Part shown: positions 1 to 11,750 of the stretch, one piece after another | How positions within the stretch are numbered: position 1 is the first letter of the stretch | How the letters are laid out: the number at the start of each line of letters is the position of its first letter | Assembly (NCBI GenBank): GCA_951406725.2 | Contig: OX597816.1 | Span: forward strand, 60,202,001-60,266,000 | Length of the DNA stretch: 64,000 nucleotides | Source of the DNA: Octopus vulgaris | Taxonomy: Eukaryota | Direction of reading: 5' to 3' | Notes under the pieces: model-generated | Database searches by the model: none | Seen by the model: only the letters and a program-made list of their open reading frames with translations | What the model was told of the DNA's origin: nothing | Made by a program: the position numbers and the translations under genes

Positions 1-399
1 TGATTGCTGATTCTAAAGTAAGCACGCATCACCACCTTGCAATAACATGAATAGTTGTCATGCATGGTAGCAGAACAAAGTAAACGAGGAATGTCAATAA
101 CCTTATATTTCGATCAGTATGGAGCAGAAATAAGCAAAAAAAGAGAAAAAGTAGCTTTGAAACATATAAAGAGATATAAAGAGTGCAAAGGTGAGTTCAA
201 GAATGTCAATTAAAAAGTAAAATAAAGAGACCTAATGAACTTGACTCTTAAGCAGAAATATAATAGAATAAGTGAGGTTAAGAGAAAGAAACTGTGTGAT
301 AGTTAAGTATTGATCCATTTGATCAGATGATAATGTGAACTTCCAATATTTCAGAAGGTCATTTTCAAATTTTCACCATTTGGTAAAGATTTCTTAACT

Positions 400-730
400 T
401 GCATTTAGATAATTTGCAGAACTGTTAAAGGTTTTCAGTATGAGGTTCTTTTTAGTTATACGCATCTCATATATTTTTATCCAATTCTATATGGTGTGCA
501 CTGTTCAAAGGTCTTCCACCTGATATTGAAATTAGTGGCACATTCTTTCAAATTCCAAATGTAACTGGACGATGTTGTATGCTTCTTTTCTTTTAAATCT
601 GAAGCGAGAAGTATGATAGAAGTAAGATTATTTAAATTTACATTCTAACTAACCTATATAGTTGGTATAAAAGTTTGGTTTGATGAAGATTAATTGCTTC
701 ATATATGATCACTTCATTATTAGATGGCTA
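400..730 (-). mobile_element. Degenerate Penelope-like element, GIY-YIG endonuclease C-terminal remnant
   Basis: Minus-strand translation with stops/frameshifts gives IIYEA..NYIG..KHTTSSSYIWNLKECATNFNIRWKTFEQCTPYRIG..NYLNA, matching the LSxYIWxLK..I.WKI..Y..C.LC pattern of Penelope-type GIY-YIG domains. Edges approximate. Confidence 0.65.
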
Positions 731-829
731 ACTCATTTAAACTGTATAAAGTTCTGATCTCTAACTGTGGAAGAACTTGTAGAAGGTATAGATGCAGGGG
801 ATGAGATGGTGAAGTATGATCTTTCAATG

Positions 830-1112
830 TTGAGTTTCATAGAAGTGATGAGAAGCAATTGAGTCCTTTGGTGATATGCTGTTCTTGAGAATACATATCA
901 AACCAATTGGAATTGTAGTCATGGTCAGTGCTGGTGACACATAAAAGACACATACTACACTCTTGGAGTGGTTAGTGTTAAGAAGGATATCCAATCACAG
1001 AAACCAAACCAAACCATACTGTAGCCTGGCACAGTTCTTTGGCTTACTGGTTACAGTCAAACCATCTAACCCATGCCAGCGTGGAAAATGGATGATGATG
1101 ATGATGTTGATG
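830..1112 (+). mobile_element. Old RTE LINE 3' end fragment with (GAT)n tail
   Basis: gagtggttagtgttaagaaggatatcc...aacccatgccagcgtggaaaatggatgatgatg resembles the 3' UTR and tail at 55300-55475. Confidence 0.7.
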
Positions 1113-1801
1113 AAATACATGTCTGTTAGTCACATTTAGCTGGTTTGTGTGTTATGAGATCATTCTTATTGGGAGGAGAGCTATAATTTAGTTTTAGAGT
1201 GTTTCTATTAAATAGTTTTCTCTAGTGGTGATTGATTTGAAAATACCTATTTATTAGAGGTATGATGTCTTTGGCAATACTAGACTTAATGCTCAGAGAA
1301 AAAGAAGGCATGAACAAGATGATGTGGCACATGCATGTGTGTTTGTGTGTGTGTGTGCTTTGCCAATATACATTGGTGAAGGATATAAAGATCAGCAAAA
1401 ATCTGGTGTTTTATGCATAAGTCCTTTGAGAAATTTGTTGTACATCACATTATGGTTATTCATTTGTCATTATCGTCATCTGAAATGCAGTGAACCAGTG
1501 TATGCTTCTGTTGGAAATCTGTAGCCAACAGCGCCATTGTTTAACAAATATATGATATGAAATAAAAACATTAAAAAAATACCAATTTCTCTCTCTCTCT
1601 CTCTCCCCCTCTGTCAATGTACATATATGCATATCTGTGTGTGTGTGTGTGTGTATAGGTATTATATATATACAAATATACATATATGCATACATTTATA
1701 TGTGTATATATATATGTATGCATACATATATATGCATGTATCTATATATAAATATAAAATTAATATAAACAGTTCTATGTGCGTGTATATATATATATAT
1801 A

Positions 1802-2068
1802 TATGGGGTAGAAAGGGCTCCTTAGCCGTAGTGAAGGCAATCTATCTAGGGAGATAACCTTACAATAAATCACTGGGTCTGTAGCTTAGAAATACTGGTT
1901 GACGTCCAGCGGGAACAGCTTTGTTTCATGGAGGAGGAAAGATCTTCTTTAGTACTTGGTTGTACAATGCTTTCCAATGTGTGTAGTAGTGGCGCGCGCA
2001 CACATTATTAGCCATTTGAAAAGACTATGAAAGTCTCGACCACGGTCGAACAATGATGAATGATGATG
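1802..2068 (+). mobile_element. Short unclassified retroposon-like insert in (TA)n
   Basis: GC-richer ~265 bp block between TA/CA tracts ending in aatgatgaatgatgatga; 27-bp direct repeat at 1752-1778 and 2159-2185. Confidence 0.4.
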
Positions 2069-2109
<41 letters not shown>

Positions 2110-2126
2110 TATATATATACACACAC

Positions 2127-2157
<31 letters not shown>

Positions 2158-2434
2158 TATATAAAATTAATATAAACAGTTCTATATCTATATCTATATA
2201 TATATATATATATATAATTTCTAGTGACAACTTGGAAGGAGAAACACTGACCTCATGTAGCCAGATGGTTAGACAGCTTGTGAGGAGGGAGCAAGCAAAA
2301 TCATTGGCAACAGCTGAGTAAGGAAGTGTTAATGAATTCCACTCAATGAAATTCAATGATTTCAGACAATTGAAAGAAAATTCAAAATGTCAATTTTAAG
2401 AGAGACAACATGAAATACAGAGACTTCCACTCCA

Positions 2435-2435
<1 letters not shown>

Positions 2436-2496
<61 letters not shown>

Positions 2497-2512
2497 GTGT
2501 GTGTGCGTGTGT
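2436..2512. repeat. (GT)n microsatellite (one example of dozens of TA/CA/GA tracts)
   Basis: Direct dinucleotide run. Confidence 0.95.
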
Positions 2513-2916
2513 ACAGAGAGAGAGAGGAGGGGGAAGAAGGGAGAGAAAAACACACAACTGGGTAAAGTGATGAATTCAATACAATGAAACCTATTTTAAG
2601 CTGCTGCTTCTCAAATTGTGACTCTGGGATTTATGCTTTACCAATTCCCAAGTAATAAAAGAAATGAATCAAATGATTTTGTTTCTTTAAATACCAAATC
2701 AAAATGGTTGAATGTGCAATGTTCGTTAACAATCAAAGACCTTTTGATTTCGTTAGACTGTATAGAACAGTATTATGCAAGACCACCCAATGTTTACCTG
2801 CAAGGCATTCTGAAATATTTCAATATAAAAATTCTTACTCATGACAATAAAAACATTGAATAATAGATGCTTGTTAACAAAAGAAGATTACAGCAGGAGG
2901 AAGACCTGGATACAGC

Positions 2917-3522
2917 AAGCTTCTCACCACATAGTTCCGGGTTCAGTCCCACTGTGTGGAACTTTGGGCAACAGGCTGACCAAAGCCTTGTGAGTGGATT
3001 TGGTAGACAGAAACTGAAAGAAGTGGTGAGCTGGCTGAAACGTTAGCATGCCGGGAAAAATGCTTAGCGGTATTTCGTCTGCTGTTACGCTCTCAGCTCA
3101 AATTCCGCTGAGGTCGACTTTATCTTTCATCCTTTCGGGGGTCGATAAATTAAGTACCTGTTACACACTGGGGTCAATGTAATCGACTTAATCCGTTTGT
3201 CTGTTCTTGTTTGTCCTCTCTATGTTTAGCCCCTTGTGGGCAATAAGGAAATAAGAAACTGAAAGAAGCCTGTTGTGTACACACACACACATAACATATA
3301 TCTTTGTGTCTGTGTTTACCCCCTCCCCCTCCACCGCTTGGTGGTGACGTGTTTGCATCCCCTTAACTTAGTGGTCTGACAGAGGGACCAATAGAATAGG
3401 TTTTATGCTTTAAAAAGGAGAAGAAAACCAAATGAAAGGTACTGGGGTCAATTCATTTGACTTCAAGGCAGTGCCCCAGCATGGTCGCAGTCTAATGACT
3501 GAAACAAGTAAAAGATAAAAGA
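2917..3522 (+). mobile_element. SINE family A (tRNA head + CORE-like domain) split by a family B insertion
   Basis: ggttcagtccc B-box, ttgggca CORE-like motif, 3' end gactgaaacaagtaaaaga; interrupted at 3024-3253. Confidence 0.85.
3024..3253 (+). mobile_element. SINE family B (Deu/Nin-like domain) with 15-bp target-site duplication
   Basis: gagctggctgaaacgttagc...ctttcatcctttcgggggtcgataaattaagtacc; agaaactgaaagaag repeated at 3009-3023 and 3254-3268. Confidence 0.85.
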
Positions 3523-4084
3523 TGTATACCAAGGTGTTCAATCATTGGGTATTTAAAACTACTTCAGCAAATATTCTGATTTATTGCTACAAGATATTGT
3601 TATATGAGTGCTGAGAGGTTGCTTAAGTTAGAATTCATACGGGACAATATAATCATCCCTACTGAAATAGAAGGATCACTGCAATTGGTCTCCTGATTAT
3701 AGGGTCTGGTTTGTTATGATGACTTTCAAATAATTTTATAGTTTTGATAATGCTATTTTCTGAAGACTAGATATACCTCAGCAAACGCATGGGTAAATGT
3801 CCATCTCAGGATCTCTGAAAGTATGTCAGCATTTTTATTGAATATTTATGTGAAAAGAATCTGTCAAGTCAGTATAATCTCAGGAAACCAAATTATAAAC
3901 TATAAATACTTTCACACAATAAACTACCAATCTCAAAAGACAGAAATTATTTAATGGACAATTTTCGGAGTCAAAGTAATTACACCAGGAGGAAGACTTG
4001 GATATAGACAGCTGTTTATGATTCTCATCACAAAGATTTCTGTGGGAAAATTAAATGCACAATTAAAACCTAATTTAACAGTAT

Positions 4085-4305
4085 TCTTACTCTTTTATTC
4101 TTTTACTTGTTTCAGTCATTTGACTGTGGTCATGCTGGAGCACCACCTTTAGACGAGCAAATCAACCCCAGGACTTATTCTTTGTAAGCCTAGTATTTAT
4201 TCTATCGGTCTCTTTTGCCAAACCGCTATGTTATGTGATTTGCTCGACTAAAGGCAGTGCTCCAGCATGGCCGCAGTCAAATGACTGAAACAAGTAAAAG
4301 AGTAA
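4085..4305. repeat. Two family A SINE 3' ends joined tail-outwards (inverted repeat)
   Basis: 4095-4163 is the near reverse complement of 4236-4305. Confidence 0.85.
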
Positions 4306-4943
4306 TGTAATCAATTTTTCCCCTCCTCTTAAAACTGCTGGCCTTGTGGAATTGACAGAATTATTAGCAAATAAGATGAAATGCTTTACGGCATTTCTTC
4401 TGGCTATACATCCTGAGTTCAAATTCCACCAAGGCCAACTTTACCTTTCATCCTTTTAGGGGCTGATAAAATAAGTACCAGTGAAGCAGTGGTGTTGATG
4501 TAATTGACTAGCCACTTCCTGCAAAATTTCAGGCCTTGTGCCTATCGTAGAAAGGATTCTTAAGGTGGTAAGCAGGAAGAACTGCCAGCACATTGGACAA
4601 CATTTCGTCTGGCTTTACATTCTGAGTTCACACTCTGCTGAAGTCGACTTTGCCTTTCATCCTATTAGGGTCCATAAAACAGGTACCAGTCAAGCAGTGT
4701 GTGTGTGTGTGTGTGTGTGATGGTGGGGTGGGTATCAACATAATCGACTTACCCTCTCTACCAAAATGTCTGCCCTTCTGCCAAAATTTGAAAGCATCAT
4801 TAATATTATTATTGCCCTTTGGGACCAATGAAATAAGTACCACTGGAACACTGGGGTCAATTTAATTGATTAGCCTCTTTCCCCCAACCACTTAAATTTC
4901 AGGCCCTGTGCCTATAGTAGAAAGTATTTTTATTATTATTATT
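4306..4943 (+). mobile_element. Tandem cluster of diverged family B SINEs
   Basis: About three successive ctgagttcaaat..cctttcatcct..aagtacca..aaatttcaggcc units. Confidence 0.75.
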
Positions 4944-5496
4944 GAGTGAGAGAGCAGTGCATGCCATCAAAGTGACACTGGGGTAAAATATACGAAGCCC
5001 AGTATATCCATCATGACTATCCATCTGGTAGGGGTACACCAGGCATATGCATCACAACCATATGTGCGTGACATGGTGATCTAATATCAAGTTAAACTGT
5101 GCATGACCTTGCAGATGGGGCTCAGAATTTTCTTCAGGTGGAGTAGCCCATTCTGCTCAAAAGGTCCCTGAATAAAGTTTGTTTAAGGATGATGAATGAA
5201 ACGCCCATGTTTCCAGAGGTAAATTATTCAAACCCCAAAGAATCCCTCTCAACACATGGCTATGATGCTCCCCTACTACTTCTGCTCATGATCAGAGATG
5301 TACATATCGTCAGCGACTAAGTGACATGCTCAACTGGTTAAGGTCAAGCAACTGACAAGAAAATCTGTGGTATTGAGCAGAATATTTGCAGTAACCCATC
5401 TTTTATACCAAGACAAAACAATGTACATGATGACACTTCCAATCAGTTAAGATCAGAAGCCATGAGAGCCACTGCCTGGTACTGCGCCAGGGCATT
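4944..5496. mobile_element. ~550-bp non-coding element inserted in an (ATT)n tract
   Basis: (ATT)n on both sides; the same start gagtgagagagcagtgcatgccatc follows (ATT)n again at 63935. Confidence 0.75.
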
Positions 5497-5837
5497 TATT
5501 ATTATTATTATTGTTATTATTATTATTAGGCATCAAACTGGAAGAATTATTAGTACGTCAGGCAAATTGCTTAACAGCATTTCATCTGTCCTTACATTCT
5601 GAGTTCAAAGTCCAGCAAGGTTGACTTCACCTGTCATCCTTTTGGGATTGATGAAATAAGTACCAGTTATGCACTGGGATTGATGTAATCGACTAGTCCT
5701 CTTCCCCAAAATTTCAGGCCTTGTGCCTATTGTAGAAAGGATTATTATTATTATTAATATTAATATTATTATTATTATTATTACTATTATTAATTTTATC
5801 CTTAAAATCATGTGTTTCTATGCAACATTATAATTAG

Positions 5838-6137
5838 AGGCTGCTATGTTGAAGGAAGCCATACCAGATGAAACAGTAGATAATGGTAATGTAACATTTT
5901 TTTCTGCTAAATCATTCTTAATGGCTGATGAGTGGTTTGAAGTAATATTTACATGCAATAATTTTTAAATTGGATTCCTAAATTGTGGTGAATATTTGTT
6001 TGTTTTTATATCAAGGGGAATATAAAATCAAAGGGATTTTCTATCTTTAACAGGCATATTTGTCACTGCATTTTATACTTTACTGATTTTCAGGCAATGA
6101 GGAAAATGAATCAAATGATCTTATAGTTTATAACACC
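5838..6137 (+). other. Two phase-compatible exon-like segments (5838-5885 and 6094-~6137); repeated in copy 2
   Basis: tag|AGGCTGCTATG..GATAATG|gtaatg ... tactgattttcag|GCAATGAGG splice to AAMLKEAIPDETVDNGNEENESNDLIVYNT, then the frame runs into a repeat tail. Confidence 0.4.
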
Positions 6138-6943
6138 ATCACTACCACCACCATCACCCCCTGTTACCATCGCCATCATCCTTATCATTTTAACATTCAC
6201 TTTTTTCATGCTTGCATGGCTGGGTTAGAATTTATTGATACAGATTAGAAGATTTTCAATAGTCCAATGTTCTTCCTGTCACTAACTTTTACCTGTTTCC
6301 AAACAAGGTGACATTCCCCCTTCATGGCCAAACATGTTTCCACAGAAGATTGGAAAGAGATATCACTTCTTATATGATAGTGACACTTATGTACAACTAT
6401 CACATGATGCTAAGACATGATGACACCAACACCAACATATACATAGATAATGCAAGACTTTTCTCAAGTTCCAAATGTGAATTTGTCTGTGTTAACTACA
6501 TCCCAAAGATGGAGCCTTGTATCTTTGTTAGAAACCGGCTCCCTCCTCACTGGAAGATTTATAATAATTATGAAATAGGAGAGACATACATAACTAACAC
6601 TCTATTGGTTATGACGATGAGGGTTCCAGTTGATGTGATCAAAGGAACAGCCTGCTTGTGAAATTAACGTGCAAGTGACTGAGCACTCCACTGACATGTA
6701 TAGCCTTAATGTAATTCTCAGAGAGATTAAGCATGAAACAGAATATGACAAGGCTGGCCCTTTGAAATACTGGTACTGCTCATTTTTGCCAGCTGAGTAG
6801 ACTGGGGCAATATAGAATAAAGTGTCTTGCTCAATGGCACAATGTGCCACTGGGAATCGAACTCACAACTTTATGATCATAGGCTGAATACCCTACATGC
6901 ATGCATGCATACATACATACATACACCTCAAATATAAAATTCT

Positions 6944-7035
6944 TCCCTGAAGATGGAGGCTGGTATTATCCAATGATGGAATCAATTTACAATCATTATT
7001 TTGGACTACCAAAACCCCCAGAAACAGCTGTTGGA
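6944..7035 (+). ncRNA. Minimal type-I hammerhead ribozyme-like motif (second copy 16394-16485)
   Basis: tcc-CTGAAGA-long stem II (tggagg/ccccca, tggta/tacca, aatgat/atcatt)-GAAA-CAGCTG-TT-gga; palindromic ACAGCTGT stem III, GUU triplet, 3-bp stem I. Confidence 0.7.
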
Positions 7036-7113
7036 CTTGTAAAACTCTTATTCAACCCTTTTAATTCCTGATATCAGTTCTATTCTGTGTAAGTCAACCT
7101 TTTTATATGTAAA

Positions 7114-7285
7114 AGAGTGGCTGTGTGGTAAGAAGCTTGCTTACGAACTACATGGTTCCGGGTTCAGTCCCACTGCGTGGTACCTTGGGCAAGTGTCTTC
7201 TGCAATAGCCTCGGGCTGACCAAAGCCTTGTGAGTGGATTTGGTAGACAGAAACTGAAAGAAGCCTGTCGTATATATATTTATGT

Positions 7286-7339
<54 letters not shown>

Positions 7340-7540
7340 CTGTGTTTATCCCCACAACATCACTTGACAACCGATGCTGGTGTGTTTACATCCCCGTAAC
7401 TTAGCAGTTTGGCAAAAGAGACTGATAGAATAAGTACTAGGCTAACAAAGAATATGTCCTGGGGTCAATTTGCTCGACTAAAGGTGGTGCTCCAGCATGG
7501 CCGCAGTCAAATGACTGAAACAAGTAAAAGTGTAAAAGAG
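7114..7540 (+). mobile_element. Full-length family A SINE (copy at 16564-16990)
   Basis: A-box tggctgtgtgg, B-box ggttcagtcc, ccttgggcaagtg, central (TA)n, tail aagtaaaag. Confidence 0.92.
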
Positions 7541-7565
7541 TATATGTACATTTTTTGTATTAAAT

Positions 7566-9829
7566 ATCATCATCATCGTTTAACATCCGTTCTCCATGCT
7601 AGCATAGGTTGGACGGTTTGACCGGGGATCTGGGAAGCCAGAAGGCTGCACCAGGCTCCAGTCTGATCTGGCAGTGTTTCTACAGCTGGATGCTCATCCT
7701 AACGCCAACCACTCCGTGAGTGTAGTGGGTGCTTTTTATGTGCCACCTGCACAGGTGCCAGGCAAGGCTGGCAATGGCCACGATCGGATCGGTGCATTTT
7801 ACGTGCCACCGGCACGGAAGCCAGTCAAGGCGGAGCTGGCATCGGCCACGATTCGGATGGTGCTTTTTACGTGCCACCGGCATGGAAGCCAGTCAAGGCC
7901 GCGCTGGCATCGGACACGATTCGGATAGTGCTTTTTACGTGCCACTGGCATGGAAGCCAGTCTAGGCGGCACTGGCATCGGCCACGTTCAGATGGTGCTT
8001 TTTATGTGCTGCCGGCACAGGGATCACAACTGCAGTTTTCTTTGATTTTGATGTTGGTGTACTTGACTCAATGGATCTCCTCAAGCACAGGGTTGAAATG
8101 GTGTTTCTTCACTTGCCACCTGCACAGGACTCAGTCCAGCGGTCCTAGAAACTGCCGGGTGCCAGTCATAGGATTGGTTCAATTTCGATTCCAATTTCAC
8201 TTGCCCCAACAGGTCTTCACAAGCAGAGTTTAGTGTCCAATGAAGGGAGGTTGGCATGGGTGCCTGTGGTCGGATGAGGTTCGATTTCGACTTCGCTTGC
8301 CTCAACAGGTCTTTGTGTGTCCAAGGGAGGAAAGACATGCATAAGTGGGCTGGACTCACTTGTCCTGCAGGGTCTTCTCATGCACAGCATATTTCCAAAG
8401 GTCTCGGTCACTAGTCATTGCCTCAGTGAGGCCTAAAGTTCGAAGGTCGTGCTTCACCACCTCGTCCCAGGTTTTCCTGGGTCTACCTCTTCCATGGGTT
8501 CCCTCAACTGCTAGGGATTGGCACTTTTTCGCACACCTATCCTCATCCATTCTCTCCACATGACCATACCAGTGCAGTCATCTCTCTTGCACACCACAGC
8601 TGATGCTTCTTAGGTCCAACCTTTCTCTCAAGGTACTAACACTCTGTCGAGTATGCACACTGACATTACACATCCATCGGAGCATACTGGCTTCATTCCT
8701 CACAAGCTTACGCATGTCCTCAGCAGTCACAGCCCATGTTTCACTGCCATGTAGCATGGCTGTTCGTACACATGCATCATACAGTCTGCCTTTTACTCTG
8801 ACCGAGAGGCCTCTAGTCACCAGCAGAGGTAAGAGCTCCCTGAACTATTCTTACTCTAGCAGTTACACTTTCAGCACACCCACCCCCACTACTGACTTGA
8901 TCACTTAGATAACGGAAGCTATCAACTACTTCTAGTTTTTCCCCCTGGAAAGTGACAGAAGTTGTTTTCTGCAGATTTTCAGTGTTTATTGCCCCTGAGC
9001 GTCGGCCAAATACAAAATCTATCTTCCCAGTTAGCCTTCCTTTGACATTGCTGCACCTCTTATGTGTCCATAGCTTACACTGGGTACATCTTATAGAGTT
9101 TCTACCTACGCCTTTTCTACAGATCGAGCACGGCCATCTACCTAAAGGCATTTGTGGTTTGCCTGCCTTCCTACTTATTAGGACTTTGGTTTTAGCTAGG
9201 TTGACTCTAAAGGCCCTCGATTCTAATCCCTCCTTCCACACCTGAAACTTCTCCTCCAGTTCTGATAGTGATTCAGCAATTAGAACAAGGTCGTCAGCAT
9301 AGAGGAGCTCCCAGGGGCATCCTGTCTTGAATTCCTCCATTATTGCCTTGAGAACTATGATAAATAGGAGGGGGCTGAGGACTGAACCCTGGTGGACCCC
9401 AACCTTGAATTCTTCAGTGTACACGTTGCCAACCCTAACCTTACTTACAGCATCCCTGTACATGGCTTGCACAGCTCTCACCAGCCATTCATCTATCCCT
9501 AGTTTCCTCATTGACCACCAGATAAGGGATCGGGGGACCCTGTCAAAGAAAGCCAGGTACAGGGGCTTATCTTTGGCTAGGTATTTCTCCTGCAGCTGTC
9601 TCACCAGAAATATGGCATCAGTGGTGCTTTTCCCTGGCACAAAACCAAACTGCATCTTATCCAAGTTGACTCTCTCTCTAATTAGTTGGGCTATAACCCT
9701 CTCCATAACCTTCATTCCTAATCCAACAGCTTGATACATCTGTAATTATTTGTATCTAGGGCGTCACCTTTACCTTTGTAGCAACTGACTATTATTCTGC
9801 TACACCAGTCATTGGGTATGACTCCTTCA
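7566..9829 (-). mobile_element. 5'-truncated RTE-clade LINE, frameshifted allele
   Basis: ORF 8813-9739 with QFGFVPGKSTTDAIF, GVHQGSVLSPLLF, LLYADDL; C-terminal GRGRPRKTW; (GAT)n tail; 11-bp deletion near 8846 relative to copy 2. Confidence 0.96.
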
Positions 9830-10336
9830 TTTAATATTTTTTGTATATCAACTTGCCTAACCTGTTTATCTGTACATTTACTTCCATATATGTACATACA
9901 TAAATAAATAAATACATACAATCATACACCCATTTACAAAAGAAAATCTTATAATTTAATTGGAGCATGTAACAGCATTATACAAGGTTGTTTAAAATTC
10001 GTTCCGTAAGCATTTTGAAAATGTTTTGGCAAAAAATTTGACTCATGACACGTTAGCATTGAATGTGAGATACATGTGAACAAAAGTATGGTAATAAGTT
10101 GGTTGATATCGTTTTAAAATGCTCAATGCTTGAAAGTCAGGTCATACAGTGCTACACTGATACATGCTGCAAACAAATCAAAAGGCCTTCTAATGTTGGT
10201 GGATACTTTCAGCAGTTTTTATTGCATATATATAAATATAAGACTATTTGTTATGTTTCTGATATTACTTAGAAATCAGTAAAATGTAAAACTCAGAGTG
10301 GTAATGTGTGAAGTTACAGCTTAAAACAAATTTCCT

Positions 10337-10384
<48 letters not shown>

Positions 10385-10890
10385 AAAGGAAAAGGGACAA
10401 AGAGAAGAATATAAAGACAAATTGTTGAATTGATGAATGTTTATCTAAGATCAATATTTGTCGATGTGAGATTTTAAAAAGGAAGATGAGTGAATGTGTG
10501 TGTGTGTGTGTGTGTCTGTGGTGTATTTATGCATGTGTGTAAACTGATGTGGGAATGTACTTGGGTGGATGTATGCATGTATGTAGGTTTGTGTGTGTGT
10601 GTTAAGCATACATATTTGCATGTCGTGTAGGTGGGTGTATCTAGTAGAATGTAAGTGCGCGCACACATGTGTGTATGTGTGCGTATGCGTGTGTGTATGC
10701 TTGCGTATGTTTGTGTATGTGCGTGTGTCTATGTGCATTTTCAAATAAAATCAATGAATGTTGACACACATATGCACACACACACGCGCGCGCGCGTGCA
10801 CATATACACACACTCACACAGGTTTGATAAATGAAGGCAAAAGTGGATGACTGCCTACTGAGAGACACAGGAATCATCGTTATCGTCGCC

Positions 10891-10929
10891 ATCCTTCTTT
10901 TTCTTCTTGTTTTTCTTCTTCTTCTCCTC

Positions 10930-10960
<31 letters not shown>

Positions 10961-10990
10961 TTATTATTATTATTATAATAGTCGTCATCA
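10891..10990. repeat. Compound (CTT)n/(ATT)n microsatellite
   Basis: Direct reading; produces the spurious poly-Leu, poly-Ile and poly-Arg ORFs. Confidence 0.92.
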
Positions 10991-11085
10991 TTATTGCAGT
11001 GGTAGTAGTGATAGTGAATGATGACAGTTTATTTGTGAAAAATTTTATAAAAATGCCAAAAATATTGATGAGATTAGAAATTGGA

Positions 11086-11121
<36 letters not shown>

Positions 11122-11713
11122 GAAGAGAAAGAATATCTAAGCGTATGTACATCGGGATGTTTATGTGCTTTTAAGCATGTTTTTGTAGGAGTGTATGTGT
11201 GTGCAAGCATAGGTGTTTGACTAAGCATCTGTGTGTGTGTGTATGTGTTAGTGTGTGTGTTTAAGTATATGCGTGCCTATGTGTGCTTATGTGCATGAGT
11301 GTGGGCATGTGCCTAGATACGTGTTAGTCTGCTTTTAGATGTGTCCAATATCCATGTTTGGGGTAGTCTGAGACATTCTATTATGGACAGCTGTTGGATA
11401 ACGGCAAGTAATGCGAGGATGGGGGGGGAAGAGTTGAGTAAGAAGATGCAAAGATGAAGAAGAGGAGCAAATGAGAAAAGCTTCAGAGGTTTAGGGAGGG
11501 AGATTAAGGAAGATGGAGAAAGAAAAGGCTTTGAAGGTAAAGGAAAAAAAAAAAATGATGCAGATGAAGAAAGGGTTGGTGTGAGAAAAACCCGGTTGAT
11601 TGATCAGAGGTGGTAGTGGTAAAGTGGGGTGGGGTGGAGGGGATGACAAAAAAATGGGATCGGAAAGGAGGAGAAAGAAATAGAAGAGTAGAAAAGAGAG
11701 AGTGATAGAGAGA

Positions 11714-11750
<37 letters not shown>

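Larger units (their letters stand above)
2640..4080 (+). pseudogene. Decayed coding-like sequence of an unidentified gene, interrupted by SINEs
   Basis: Frames read NKRNESNDFVSLNT..RPPNVYLQGIL..KKITAGGRPGYS (2881) and VKVITPGGRLGYR (3970); start is similar to the exon-like segment at 6094; many stops. Confidence 0.3.

Noticed and set aside
98-122. Minus-strand gatcGAAATATAagg, a possible hammerhead 3' half near the Penelope remnant
   Set aside because: The 5' core half could not be located.
4990-5140. Minus-strand CTGAAGA in the (ATT)n-targeting element
   Set aside because: No suitably placed GAAA-stem III-UH found.
8603-9734. Plus-strand ORFs over the RT (also 18051-19193 and 53591-55063 minus)
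   Set aside because: Shadow frames antisense to the RTE ORF.
10451-11228. Long ORFs with poly-Arg, poly-Leu and HT repeats (also 19911-20594 and many similar)
   Set aside because: Translations of stop-free microsatellites; no complex coding signal.
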